From assembly GCA_963828165.1 (NCBI GenBank), contig CAWHDR010000001.1, positions 320,001 to 384,000 on the forward strand: a stretch of DNA of 64,000 nucleotides. Direction: 5' to 3'. The notes under the pieces were generated by a model. That model was not told the DNA's origin and made no database searches. It saw nothing but the letters and a program-made list of their open reading frames with translations. The translations under genes were made by a program, and so were the position numbers. Positions 54,619 to 63,344 of the stretch are shown here, piece after piece. The stretch is from an uncultured Chloroflexia bacterium (lineage in GTDB: Bacteria > Chloroflexota > Limnocylindria > Limnocylindrales > CSP1-4). Positions within the stretch are counted from its first letter, which is position 1. Every line of letters starts with the position of its first letter.

Positions 54619-55214
54619 GGCGTCCGGCACGTGACCGAGAGGTCCCGCGCCTCCGGTCCGAACTCGGTCACGACGGCCGGAAAGCCCAGTGTCTGGCCAG
54701 GCTCGATCCGCGGGCTGAGCACGAACGCACTCCGGCTCACGCCCCGGTCGGCCACGTCGACGATCCGGCATGTCGTCTGGCCGGCCGATGAGCCCTCATT
54801 CTTCACGGTGACGGTGACCGCCAGACCGTCCTCGGTCGGCGTGACCGCCGAGATGCTGGCGGGGAATGGCCCGCTGCCGGCGATCGAGAGGCGCGCGAAG
54901 ACGATCAGGAGGACGATCGCGATCGCCACGGTCACGAACACCGTGCCGTGGACCTGCGACGACGCTGAGTCGCGCAGCCCAAGCGGGTTGCAGCGTTCGC
55001 ACAGGCCGACCCCAGGACCGACGGGCGCGCCGCAGCGCGCACAGGGATGGGTCGCCGCGACCCGTGGTGCGGGCCCGGCCGGTGTCGCGGGCCCGGCCGG
55101 TGTCGCGGGCCCGGGCGGTGTCGCGGGCGCGGTCGGTGTCGCAGGCCCAGTCGGTGGTGCGGGCCCGGCCGGTGTCGCGGGCCCAGTCGGGACGCTCGGG
55201 TTGCTCGGGGTCAC
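54615..55214 (-). CDS. Hypothetical membrane protein: (TPAGPA)n - CxxC/CxxC zinc ribbon - TM - beta-rich extracellular domain
   Basis: HPCARCGAP......LCERCNPLGL...A.SQ.HGT, TM helix, V.VTV.NEG. GTG 55214. Confidence 0.7.
   Translation of the reverse strand: MTPSNPSVPTGPATPAGPAPPTGPATPTAPATPPGPATPAGPATPAGPAPRVAATHPCARCGAPVGPGVGLCERCNPLGLRDSASSQVHGTVFVTVAIAIVLLIVFARLSIAGSGPFPASISAVTPTEDGLAVTVTVKNEGSSAGQTTCRIVDVADRGVSRSAFVLSPRIEPGQTLGFPAVVTEFGPEARDLSVTCRTP
55069..55190. repeat. Coding 18-bp tandem repeat x~6.7 (GCGGGCCCGGCCGGTGTC variants)
   Basis: Read directly; encodes TPAGPA-type units on the minus strand. Confidence 0.88.
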
Positions 55215-55239
55215 CCGGGGATGGTGCCATGAACCGCGG

Positions 55240-56097
55240 TCACCAGCGGCTCGTCGCCTCCACGAGCGCGTCGACATCGTCCGTCGTGCGAGCGAGCACG
55301 ATCGCGCCGTCCGCTCCGGCCGCGTGCCATCGGTCCCAGGTCTCGCGCGGCGCCTCGATCCACGGCGTGTCGCGGATGCTCTCGTCAGACAGCCACTCCC
55401 CCTCGAACCCGACGAGGACGGTCTGGTCCTCGCGTCGCTTGCCCGAGGCCTCGAGCGACTCGAGGTAGAGCGGCAGGTGCTGCTCGAAGTTGTCGTCGAA
55501 CGCCGACCAGCCGTCGCCGATCCGTCCCGCGAGCCGGGCCCCGGCCGCCGTCTCGCCCCCGATGATGATCGGTGGAGGCGGATCCGGCACCGGGAACGCG
55601 ACGGCCTCCTGGAGCGGGTAGAACAGCGACGGTCGAGTGATGGGTCCCCCCGTCCACAGGGCACGGATCACCGCGACGGCCTCCTCGAGCCGGGCCACCC
55701 GCTGGGGGGCAGGCGGGAAATCCATTCCGTACGCGGCGTGCTCCTTCGGGGCGCCGCCGATGCCGATGCCAAGGATCAACCGGCCGCCGCTCGCGATCTG
55801 GAGGGTCGATGCCATCCGCGCCACGAGCGCGGGGTGACGGTTCATGACGTTCATGACGAACGGGCCGACCGTTGCCCGGGTCGTCCCCGCGGCAGCCATC
55901 GACAGGATCGTCCAGGACTCGACCACCGGCACGGTCTGGTCGCCACGACCCATGAAGTGGTCCCAGCACCACAATCCCGCGTAGCCAGCCTCGTCGAGCC
56001 GATGGGCGCTCTCGAGCCACCATTCCGGCTCTCCCCGGATCGAACGGAGGCAGACGCCGATCGGGAGCCGGCCGTCGCCCGTCGCGCTCGTCGCCAT
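55240..56097 (-). CDS. LLM class flavin/F420-dependent oxidoreductase
   Basis: W.WDHF, ESWT.L, RHPA..ARMA.TL...SGGRL.LG.G.G, RLEEA..V.R.LW, PP.IIGG. Confidence 0.88.
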   Translation of the reverse strand: MATSATGDGRLPIGVCLRSIRGEPEWWLESAHRLDEAGYAGLWCWDHFMGRGDQTVPVVESWTILSMAAAGTTRATVGPFVMNVMNRHPALVARMASTLQIASGGRLILGIGIGGAPKEHAAYGMDFPPAPQRVARLEEAVAVIRALWTGGPITRPSLFYPLQEAVAFPVPDPPPPIIIGGETAAGARLAGRIGDGWSAFDDNFEQHLPLYLESLEASGKRREDQTVLVGFEGEWLSDESIRDTPWIEAPRETWDRWHAAGADGAIVLARTTDDVDALVEATSRW

Positions 56098-56104
56098 CGA
56101 AGCT

Positions 56105-56953
56105 CTAGAGCCCCGTCTCGAACAGGCGGACGTCCTCGGCGGCCACCGCGTGCCCGTCTCCACGGGTCGGCCCGAGCGCCGCGCCGGCGCCGAGCGCGTC
56201 GAGATCTGCCGGAAAGCGCCCGATGAGGTCGAGCACGACCTTCTGGATCCGCTCGGCGTTGGCCTGGAAGACCTCGAGCACGTCGGTCGCGTTGACCGCC
56301 TCGGTGCCCTCGTGGACACCTGCGTCGTAGTCGGTGATGAGGCTGATGTTGACGACGGCCATCCCGAGCTCACGCGTCAGCCAGGCCTCCGGGTACTGGG
56401 TCATGTTGATGACCTCCCAGCCGGCGTCGCTGAACCACTTCGACTCGCTCTTCGTGGAGAACCTCGGGCCCTGGATGACGACCACGGTCCCCCGGTCGTG
56501 GACCTCGATGCCGTGGTCGCGGATCGTCTCGATCGCCAGGCGGCGCAACGTCGGGTCGTAGGTCTCCGCCGATGAGAGGTGGGTCACGATCGGCCCGTCG
56601 AAGAACGTGTCGGCGCGCCCGCTCGTCCGGTCCACGAACTGGTCGCACACGACGAAGTCGCCGGGCTTGACGCCGAGCTGCAGCGAACCTGCTGCACACG
56701 GCGAGATCGCGGCTTTCACGCCAAGGGCCTTCATCGCCCACACGTTCGCCCGATAGTTGATGCGGTGCGGCGGGATCGTATGCCGCCGGCCGTGGCGAGG
56801 CAGGAACGCGACGCGGCGCCCAGCGACCTCGGCCAGGAAGACCGAATCGGAGGGCGCGCCGTACGGCGTGTCCACCTTGATCTCGCGCACCTCGTCGAGT
56901 AGGGAGTAGAACCCCGAGCCTCCGAAGACGCCGATCTCCGCGGTGTCCGCCAC
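56105..56953 (-). CDS. mtnP: S-methyl-5'-thioadenosine phosphorylase
   Basis: IG.FGGSG.Y, TPYG.PSD, FLPRHG..H..PPH.INYRAN, DQF.DRT, GPRFST..ES, INMT.YPE, TDYD. SD GGAGG. Confidence 0.92.
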   Translation of the reverse strand: MADTAEIGVFGGSGFYSLLDEVREIKVDTPYGAPSDSVFLAEVAGRRVAFLPRHGRRHTIPPHRINYRANVWAMKALGVKAAISPCAAGSLQLGVKPGDFVVCDQFVDRTSGRADTFFDGPIVTHLSSAETYDPTLRRLAIETIRDHGIEVHDRGTVVVIQGPRFSTKSESKWFSDAGWEVINMTQYPEAWLTRELGMAVVNISLITDYDAGVHEGTEAVNATDVLEVFQANAERIQKVVLDLIGRFPADLDALGAGAALGPTRGDGHAVAAEDVRLFETGL

Positions 56954-57055
56954 GTTCCCTCCTCCATCCATCCCTGATGCGCTTGTGCCCCCTGATTCTA
57001 GGCGGCTCGGACTACGATGGTGCGAGCCGCGCCCCGCGGCCCCAAGGAGCCGCTC

Positions 57056-57470
57056 ATGACCGACGACGCCCCGAGCCCGACGACCCGCATCCCGGTCCCC
57101 GATCCGGCCGCGGATAGCCCGACACAGGGTTGGCCCGGAGCGACGGCGCCAGAGCCCGAGGCAACCGCGGACATCGAGCCGCTGGGCGGGTCCCCCTGGC
57201 GACCCGCCGACCACGCCGGTCCCACCGACCACGCCGGTCCCACCCGTCGCGCCGATCTCGGCCAAGCCGCGACGCGACGACCGCGATCACGGTCGAACGG
57301 CATCGATCCTGTTCGGGCTCGTCGTCCTGGCGCTCGGGCTGTGGTTCTTCGTCGAGCGCACCCTCGGGTACGACCTGCCGGACATCCGCTGGAGCCAGCT
57401 CTGGCCGGCCGTCCTGATCGGCATCGGTCTGTGGGTCGTGCTGGGATCGATGCGCCGCGGATCGCGATGA
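57056..57470 (+). CDS. LiaF/DUF5668-like small membrane protein; frameshift at ~57300
   Basis: SD AAGGAG, ATG 57056. After the shift it reads ILFGLVVLALGLWFF....W..LWP.VLI.IGLWVV; TGA 57468-57470 overlaps the next ATG. Confidence 0.65.
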
Positions 57471-58138
57471 CCGACTGGGTCCCGGGCGACGGCTCGGCCG
57501 CCGACCGGCTTTCCCTCGCCGACTGGAGACGACGCGTCTCGACCCTGTATGCGGAGGTGCGGTCGATGGCGGCGACGGACCCCGCGACCGCGCTCGCGCA
57601 CTGGCGCGCCGTCCGCGAGCGGCTGTTCCGGGAGCATCCCCAGTCGCCGATCCCGGTCGCGGCGCGGGCGGGTTTCCGGGCGCTGCATTTCGATCACGAC
57701 CCGCTGCTCCGGTTCCATGCCGTCGTGGAGCCCGCGCCTCCGCCCGTGCCCGGCGCACTCCCGCTCGAGTTGCCCAATAGCGGAGGCGAGAGCCTGTCCT
57801 TCAGCCGGATCGGTCGCGTCCGATTGCCGTTCCCGGACGGGGAGCGGACGCTGTCGGTGTTCTGGATGGCCGGCTATTCGGGTGGGATCTTCATCCCGTT
57901 CCGTGACGCCTCCAATGGCCAGTCGACCTATGGCGCGGGCCGCTACCTGGTCGACGCCGCCAAGGGCGCCGATCTCGGAGCGGCTCCCCTGTCGGATCCC
58001 GCGAACTGGGCGCTCATCCTCGACTTCAATTTCGCGGCGCAGCCGTCGTGCGCGTTCGACCCGCGGTGGGCCTGTCCTCTGGCGCCACCGGAGAACCGCC
58101 TCGACCTGGAGATCCGAGCGGGTGAACGCCTGGCGTAG
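57467..58138 (+). CDS. DUF1684 family protein
   Basis: L.DWRR.V..LY, WR..R..LF..HPQSP, F.PFRD..NG..TYG.GRYL.D, LDFNFA..PSC....W.CPL.PPENRL...I.AGE. Confidence 0.9.
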   Translation: MTDWVPGDGSAADRLSLADWRRRVSTLYAEVRSMAATDPATALAHWRAVRERLFREHPQSPIPVAARAGFRALHFDHDPLLRFHAVVEPAPPPVPGALPLELPNSGGESLSFSRIGRVRLPFPDGERTLSVFWMAGYSGGIFIPFRDASNGQSTYGAGRYLVDAAKGADLGAAPLSDPANWALILDFNFAAQPSCAFDPRWACPLAPPENRLDLEIRAGERLA

Positions 58139-58243
58139 GCGTCTCTCCGTCGGTCGCACCGGCACGAGTCCGCGCGTCCAGCAGACAAAGGTACCGGCGA
58201 CGGCGGGACCCCCGACACGGGGCCCGCCGGATGGGCCGTGGGC

Positions 58244-59506
58244 ATGATGCCCGTGCATGGCGCCGCCCCTCGGTGGCGCCGTCGCCAATCGTCCCGCCCT
58301 TGGAGTCTCGTGCGCCTCTTTGCCAATCCCCGCCGCCCCATCGACGAGCGCCTGCTGTGGTCGCGTGATACCCGGTTCGTGCACCGGCTCGCGTCGCTCG
58401 TGCCGGATTCACGCGTCCTCGAGCTCGACTCGGGAGCGATCGTGATCTCCCCGGCGAGCGAGTTGACCGAGCTCGTCGCGAGCTCGATCGCCCGGGAGGC
58501 ACGCGCGCCCGAGTACGGCCTCGTCACGATCGATGCCACGCTGCCGGAGGCGGACCGCTACCTGATGGCGCTTTCGGCTGCGGTCCAGATGTCCGGTCTC
58601 GCGGACCGCATCGGGATGGCGCAGACGACCCAGGTCATCCAGACCAAGACCCTCGACTACTTCTTCAGCCTGCGCACGCTCCACACCGTCGCCTTCCAGC
58701 CGATCGTGGAGCTGGCCAGCGGGGAGCTGCACGAATACGAGTGCCTCTTCCGGCCGAACATGCCGATGCTCCCGCAGTCGATCGCGTCGATCGTGCAGGC
58801 GGCCATCGATACGGACCGCTCCATCGAGCTCGACCTGTTCCTCGTGTCCAAGATCCTCGAGCGCGCCGGGCAGCTCGACAAGCGCCGCCGTGCGGACGGT
58901 GGGACGGCCCTGCGCGTGGCCGTCAACGTGACGCCGGCCAGCCTGCTCGACGGGCGCTTCGAGGCGACCGCATTCGCCGCGATGGTTCGCGAGGCCGGGC
59001 TCGATCCGCGCAAGGTCACGCTCGAGTGCACGGAGCAACAGGCCGTCGCCGACGTGCTGCGTCTCCAGCGCGCCGTCCGGGGGCTCCGGCGCGTCGGGTT
59101 CGGGTTCGCGGTCGACGACGCCGGCGCGGGCTATGCCAGCTTCGCCCTGGTCGCCGCGCTGAAACCGACCGTCATCAAGATCGACCGCGACATCGTCGCC
59201 GGATGCGCGCGCGACGACGCCAAGCAGGCGCTCGTTGAAGCGTTCGTGTCGTTCGGACATCGGATCGGAGCGCGCGTGCTGGCCGAGGGCATCGAGCGTC
59301 GATCCGACCTCGCGATGGTGACCGCCCTCGGCGTGGATCTCGGGCAGGGCTTCCTGCTGGGACGACCGGCGGCCGAGCCGGCGCTGCCGCGGAGCATCGA
59401 GAAGCTGCGCCTGCGGGCCGCCCAGCGAGTCGCACGGGTGGCGGCGAGTCACGCCCTGGCCAGCCCGGCGCGGGCAAGCTCCCGAAGCGTTCGCGCCAGC
59501 GACTGA
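58244..59506 (+). CDS. EAL-domain c-di-GMP phosphodiesterase-like protein
   Basis: FQPIV, YECLFR (ExL), VNVTP, LECTE, VDDAGAGY, IKIDR, AEGIE, QGFL.GRP. Confidence 0.85.
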   Translation: MMPVHGAAPRWRRRQSSRPWSLVRLFANPRRPIDERLLWSRDTRFVHRLASLVPDSRVLELDSGAIVISPASELTELVASSIAREARAPEYGLVTIDATLPEADRYLMALSAAVQMSGLADRIGMAQTTQVIQTKTLDYFFSLRTLHTVAFQPIVELASGELHEYECLFRPNMPMLPQSIASIVQAAIDTDRSIELDLFLVSKILERAGQLDKRRRADGGTALRVAVNVTPASLLDGRFEATAFAAMVREAGLDPRKVTLECTEQQAVADVLRLQRAVRGLRRVGFGFAVDDAGAGYASFALVAALKPTVIKIDRDIVAGCARDDAKQALVEAFVSFGHRIGARVLAEGIERRSDLAMVTALGVDLGQGFLLGRPAAEPALPRSIEKLRLRAAQRVARVAASHALASPARASSRSVRASD

Positions 59507-59567
59507 GCGATGACCCGAGGTCGGGCGGCCCGGGACGGTACCGACGCGTCCGCGTACCATCGGGGTC

Positions 59568-60038
59568 ATGGCGACCCCCACAAGCCCGACGAGTACGACT
59601 GACCCGAGGGCCCCGACCGGCACACCGCTTCCCGAACGCGTGCGTGCCTTCCTCGCGGAGACCCGGTTCGTGACCATCGCGACGGTCGATCCCGATGGCG
59701 GGCCGCGCCAGGCCGTCATCTGGTACCGGCTCGATGGAGACGTGATCGTCCTCAACAGCAAAGTCGGGCGACGCTGGCCCTCGAACCTCATGCGTGACTC
59801 GCGCATCTCGATGGCTGTGCACGACCAGGCCGATGGCTACCGCTGGGTCGGCCTGACCGGGAGGGGCACGATCGTGGACGACCAGCCGACCGCGCAAGCG
59901 GACATCGCGGAGATGGCTCGCCGGTACCACGCGGACGAGCCGGAGGAGGCCGAACGACTCGTACGCGACCGGTTCGAGCGGCAAGAACGCGTGAGCTTCC
60001 GGATCTCGATCGACGCCATCCACGATCATCTCGACTGA
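59568..60038 (+). CDS. PPOX-class F420-dependent oxidoreductase
   Basis: ATV.PDG.P....IWY, NS..GR....NL.RD.R.S, MA.RY, RV..RI. TACCAT -10. Confidence 0.85.
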   Translation: MATPTSPTSTTDPRAPTGTPLPERVRAFLAETRFVTIATVDPDGGPRQAVIWYRLDGDVIVLNSKVGRRWPSNLMRDSRISMAVHDQADGYRWVGLTGRGTIVDDQPTAQADIAEMARRYHADEPEEAERLVRDRFERQERVSFRISIDAIHDHLD

Positions 60039-60053
60039 CCCGGACGCCTATCG

Positions 60054-60983
60054 ATGAACACCCAATTCGGTCTCCAGCTCTGGTCGCAAGCCACGGATTG
60101 GCCGGGATTCCGCGACGCTGCGCTCGCGGCCGAGGCGGCCGGCTGGGATTCGGTCTGGACCTGGGACCACTTGATGGCGATCTTCGGCCCGTGGGAGCAA
60201 CCCATCCTCGAAGGCTGGACGACGCTGGCGGCGCTCGGGCCGATCACGACGCGCGTGCGCCTGGGCCTCATGGTCGGGGCGAACACGTTCCGCAACCCGG
60301 GGCTCACGGCCAAGCTCGCCACGACGCTCGACCACGTGTCCGCAGGACGTGCGGTCCTGGGCATCGGCGGGGCCTGGTTCGAGCGCGAGCACGAGGCCTT
60401 CGGCATCGAATTCGGGAAGAGCCCGGGCGAGCGGCTTGACTGGCTGGACGAGTCGGTGATGCTGGTGCGCCGCCTGCTCGATGGCGAACGGGTCGATCAC
60501 GACGGCCCGCGCTACCCGATGCGGGACGCGCTGTGCGAGCCGCGACCGATCCAGGCGCACCTGCCGATCCTCATCGGCGGCGGAGGACGCACGAAGACAC
60601 TGAAAACCGTCGCCATGCGGGCCGATGCCTGGAACAACAACGGGTCGCTGGAGATGCTCCGCGACGCGCTCGAAACACTCGAGCGCCACTGCGTCGACGT
60701 CGGCCGCGACATCGACACGATCGAACGGACGGCGAGCTTCCACATCATCCTGCGCGACAGCGCGGATGCCGCAAGGGCGAGGACCGAGGAGCTGCTGGAC
60801 CACAACGGCGTGTCGCTGGAGGGGTTCGGCAACACCCTGGCCGGGTCGCCGGCGGAGGTCGCGGACATCCTGCGGCCGTACCACGATCTCGGGTTTTCGA
60901 CGTTCATCGTGCGGATGCCCGCTCCGTACGATCGCGAGACGATCGAGCGCATGCCCGAGGTGGGCGCGCTCCTCGACGGATGA
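60054..60983 (+). CDS. LLM class F420-dependent oxidoreductase
   Basis: WTWDHL, EGWTTLAAL, FRNPGL.AK.A.TLDH.S.GRA.LG.GG.WFE.EH, PILIGG.G..KTL. Confidence 0.9.
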   Translation: MNTQFGLQLWSQATDWPGFRDAALAAEAAGWDSVWTWDHLMAIFGPWEQPILEGWTTLAALGPITTRVRLGLMVGANTFRNPGLTAKLATTLDHVSAGRAVLGIGGAWFEREHEAFGIEFGKSPGERLDWLDESVMLVRRLLDGERVDHDGPRYPMRDALCEPRPIQAHLPILIGGGGRTKTLKTVAMRADAWNNNGSLEMLRDALETLERHCVDVGRDIDTIERTASFHIILRDSADAARARTEELLDHNGVSLEGFGNTLAGSPAEVADILRPYHDLGFSTFIVRMPAPYDRETIERMPEVGALLDG

Positions 60984-61924
60984 GGGTCGTCGAGCTCGCC
61001 GGCGGCGTCGGCGGCGCGAAGCTTGCCGAGGGGCTCGCGGCACACGTGGGGTCGGACCTGACGGTCGTCGTCAACACCGGCGACGACCTGGAGCTGCACG
61101 GGCTCTCGATCTGGCCGGACCACGACACGGTCGCCTACACCCTCGCCGGGCTCGATGACGAGACCCGCGGTTGGGGACTTCGCGATGAGACCTGGACCGT
61201 CATGGAAGGGCTCTGGGCGCTCGGGGACACCTCCTGGTTCCGGCTCGGTGACCGCGACCTCGCGACACACCTCTGGCGAACGGATCGGCTCCGTACCGGC
61301 GCCCGTCCGACCGACGTGGCTCGCGACCTGGCCGCCGCACTGCGCATCGCGTCGACGATCCTGCCGATGAGCGACGAACAGGTCCGGACCGAGGTCCTGA
61401 CCGACGACGGCTGGCTCGAGTTCCAGGAGTACTTCGTGCACCGCCACCAGGAGCCGGAGGTCCGCGAGGTCCGGTTCAACGGCATCGAGGCGGCCCACGC
61501 CACGCCGGAGGTGCTGGCGGCGATCGATGCCGCGGACATCATCGTGATCGCGCCGTCGAACCCGGTCGTCTCGATCGGGCCGATCCTCGCCGTGCCCGGG
61601 ATGGCCAGCGCCGTGGCCGGGGCGCGCGAACGCGGCGTGCCGGTCGTCGCGGTCAGCGGGATCATCGGCGGGAAGGCGCTCAAGGGCCCCGCCGACCGGA
61701 TGCTGACCTCGTTGGGCCATGAATCGAGCGCGCTGGGTGTCGCGCGGTTGTATGCCGGCATCGCAACGGCGTTCATCGTCGACGCGGCTGACGCCGATGC
61801 GACGTCGTCGATCGCCCGCCTCGGGCTCCGGCCGGTCGTCGCGGACACGATCATGAGCGATGACGCGGCCCGCTCGAGGGTCGCCGGCGAGGTCCTGCGC
61901 GCGGCTGGCGCGACAGCCGCATGA
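60980..61924 (+). CDS. cofD: 2-phospho-L-lactate transferase
   Basis: LAGGVGGAK, VNTGDD, PD.DTV.YTLAG, WF.LGDRD, FQEYFV, PSNP.VSIGPIL, KGPA..M. ATGA overlap. Confidence 0.95.
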   Translation: MRVVELAGGVGGAKLAEGLAAHVGSDLTVVVNTGDDLELHGLSIWPDHDTVAYTLAGLDDETRGWGLRDETWTVMEGLWALGDTSWFRLGDRDLATHLWRTDRLRTGARPTDVARDLAAALRIASTILPMSDEQVRTEVLTDDGWLEFQEYFVHRHQEPEVREVRFNGIEAAHATPEVLAAIDAADIIVIAPSNPVVSIGPILAVPGMASAVAGARERGVPVVAVSGIIGGKALKGPADRMLTSLGHESSALGVARLYAGIATAFIVDAADADATSSIARLGLRPVVADTIMSDDAARSRVAGEVLRAAGATAA

Positions 61925-62556
61925 GCGCCGACGTTCCGTCACGGGTCATCTACGCGGTCATCCCGGTGGGTGCGCTGGACGGCGCAAAGTCCCGGCTCGG
62001 TGGCGTGCTGGACGCCGAGGAACGTCACGATCTCGCACTCCGCCTCGCGGACACCACCATCCGGTCGGCGGTCGCGACGCCCGGCATCGCGGAGACCCTC
62101 GTCATCACGCCGGATGACACCGTTCGTGGCGTGGCCATGGCTGCCGGCGGACGGCCCATCCTCCAGCGCAGTCGGGGCCTCAACGCCGCCCTGCGCGAGG
62201 CCCGGGCGGAGGCCCTGGCTGGAGGTGCCACCGCCATGCTGATCCTGCCCACCGACCTGCCGCGGGTCTCCCCTGCCGCCATCGGGGCGTTGCTCGAGCG
62301 ATTGAGCGACGACGCCGGCCCGCTCGTCGCGTTGGTGCCCGACCGGCACGGACGCGGCACGAACGCCCTGTTGCTCGCTCCCCCTGACGTGATCGACGTC
62401 TGTTTCGGCGGCGACAGCCATGCGGCCCACGCGGCCGCGGCGGCGGACGCGGGCGCCCGGTTCATCGACCTCGGAGGTCCCTTGACCTACGACCTCGACA
62501 CGCCCGACGACCTGCTTCTCGACCAGACGCAGGCCGCGGAGTCGATCGGTGGCTGA
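61921..62556 (+). CDS. cofC: 2-phospho-L-lactate / PEP guanylyltransferase
   Basis: AVIPV..L..AKSRL, GLN.A, P.DLP, PDR.G.GTNAL, FG..S...H, D.DTP.DL. Confidence 0.92.
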   Translation: MSADVPSRVIYAVIPVGALDGAKSRLGGVLDAEERHDLALRLADTTIRSAVATPGIAETLVITPDDTVRGVAMAAGGRPILQRSRGLNAALREARAEALAGGATAMLILPTDLPRVSPAAIGALLERLSDDAGPLVALVPDRHGRGTNALLLAPPDVIDVCFGGDSHAAHAAAAADAGARFIDLGGPLTYDLDTPDDLLLDQTQAAESIGG

Positions 62557-63316
62557 ACGGATCGAGGCGATCGCGATCGACGGCCTTGGGGAGATCGTGC
62601 CGGGCGACGACCTGCCGAGCCTCATCGCCGACGCCGTTGCCGCCGCGAGCGACGTCCTCCCGCTGCGGGACGACGATGCCCTCGTCGTCACCCAGAAGAT
62701 CGTCTCCAAGGCGGAAGGCGCGGTCGTCGACCTGACGACCGTCGAACCGAGTCCGGTCGCCCAGGAATTCGCGCGGCGGCACGACCGCGACCCGCGCCAG
62801 GTCGAGGTCGTCTTGCGCGAGGCCAAGCGGGTCGTCCGGATGGCCAATGGCGTGATCATCACCGAGACCCATCATGGCTTCGTGTGCGCCAACGGTGGGA
62901 TCGATGCATCCAATGTCGGGCCGGCTTCCGGGTCGATCGTGACGCTCCTCCCGCGCGACCCCGACGCCTCCGCGGACGGCATCCGTGCCGCGATCCGGAA
63001 ACGGCTCGGCCAGGACGTGCCGGTCGTCGTCTCGGACAGCTTCGGGCGGCCGTGGCGCCTCGGCATCGTCGATGTCGCGATCGGGGTGTCGGGCCTGCTC
63101 GCGCTCGACGACCTGCGCGGCCAGCCGGACGCCGACGGGCGGGTCATGAAGTCGACGGTCCGCGCGGTCGCCGACGAGCTGGCCTCGGCCGCGGAGCTCG
63201 TCCTTGGCAAGACCGCGTCGCGACCCCTCGCGCTCGTTCGCGGCGCATCGTTCGTGCGCGGCGAGGGCCGCATCGCCGACGCCCTGCTGCCCGCGGAGAT
63301 GGACCTCTTCCGCTAG
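62549..63316 (+). CDS. cofE: Coenzyme F420-0:L-glutamate ligase
   Basis: I.PGDDL, VVTQKIVSKAEG, HGF.CAN.GID.SN, LLP.DPDASA, SDSFGRPWR.G, AVADELA.AA.LV.GK, DLFR. Confidence 0.95.
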   Translation: MAERIEAIAIDGLGEIVPGDDLPSLIADAVAAASDVLPLRDDDALVVTQKIVSKAEGAVVDLTTVEPSPVAQEFARRHDRDPRQVEVVLREAKRVVRMANGVIITETHHGFVCANGGIDASNVGPASGSIVTLLPRDPDASADGIRAAIRKRLGQDVPVVVSDSFGRPWRLGIVDVAIGVSGLLALDDLRGQPDADGRVMKSTVRAVADELASAAELVLGKTASRPLALVRGASFVRGEGRIADALLPAEMDLFR

Positions 63317-63344
63317 TGTCGGGCGCTTGCGCTAGGCTCGGGCG

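Noticed and set aside
57017-58138. 373-aa ORF as an N-terminally extended DUF1684 protein
   Set aside because: The membrane-protein sequence lies in another frame after ~57300 and ends in an ATGA overlap at 57467, so these are two genes joined by an indel.
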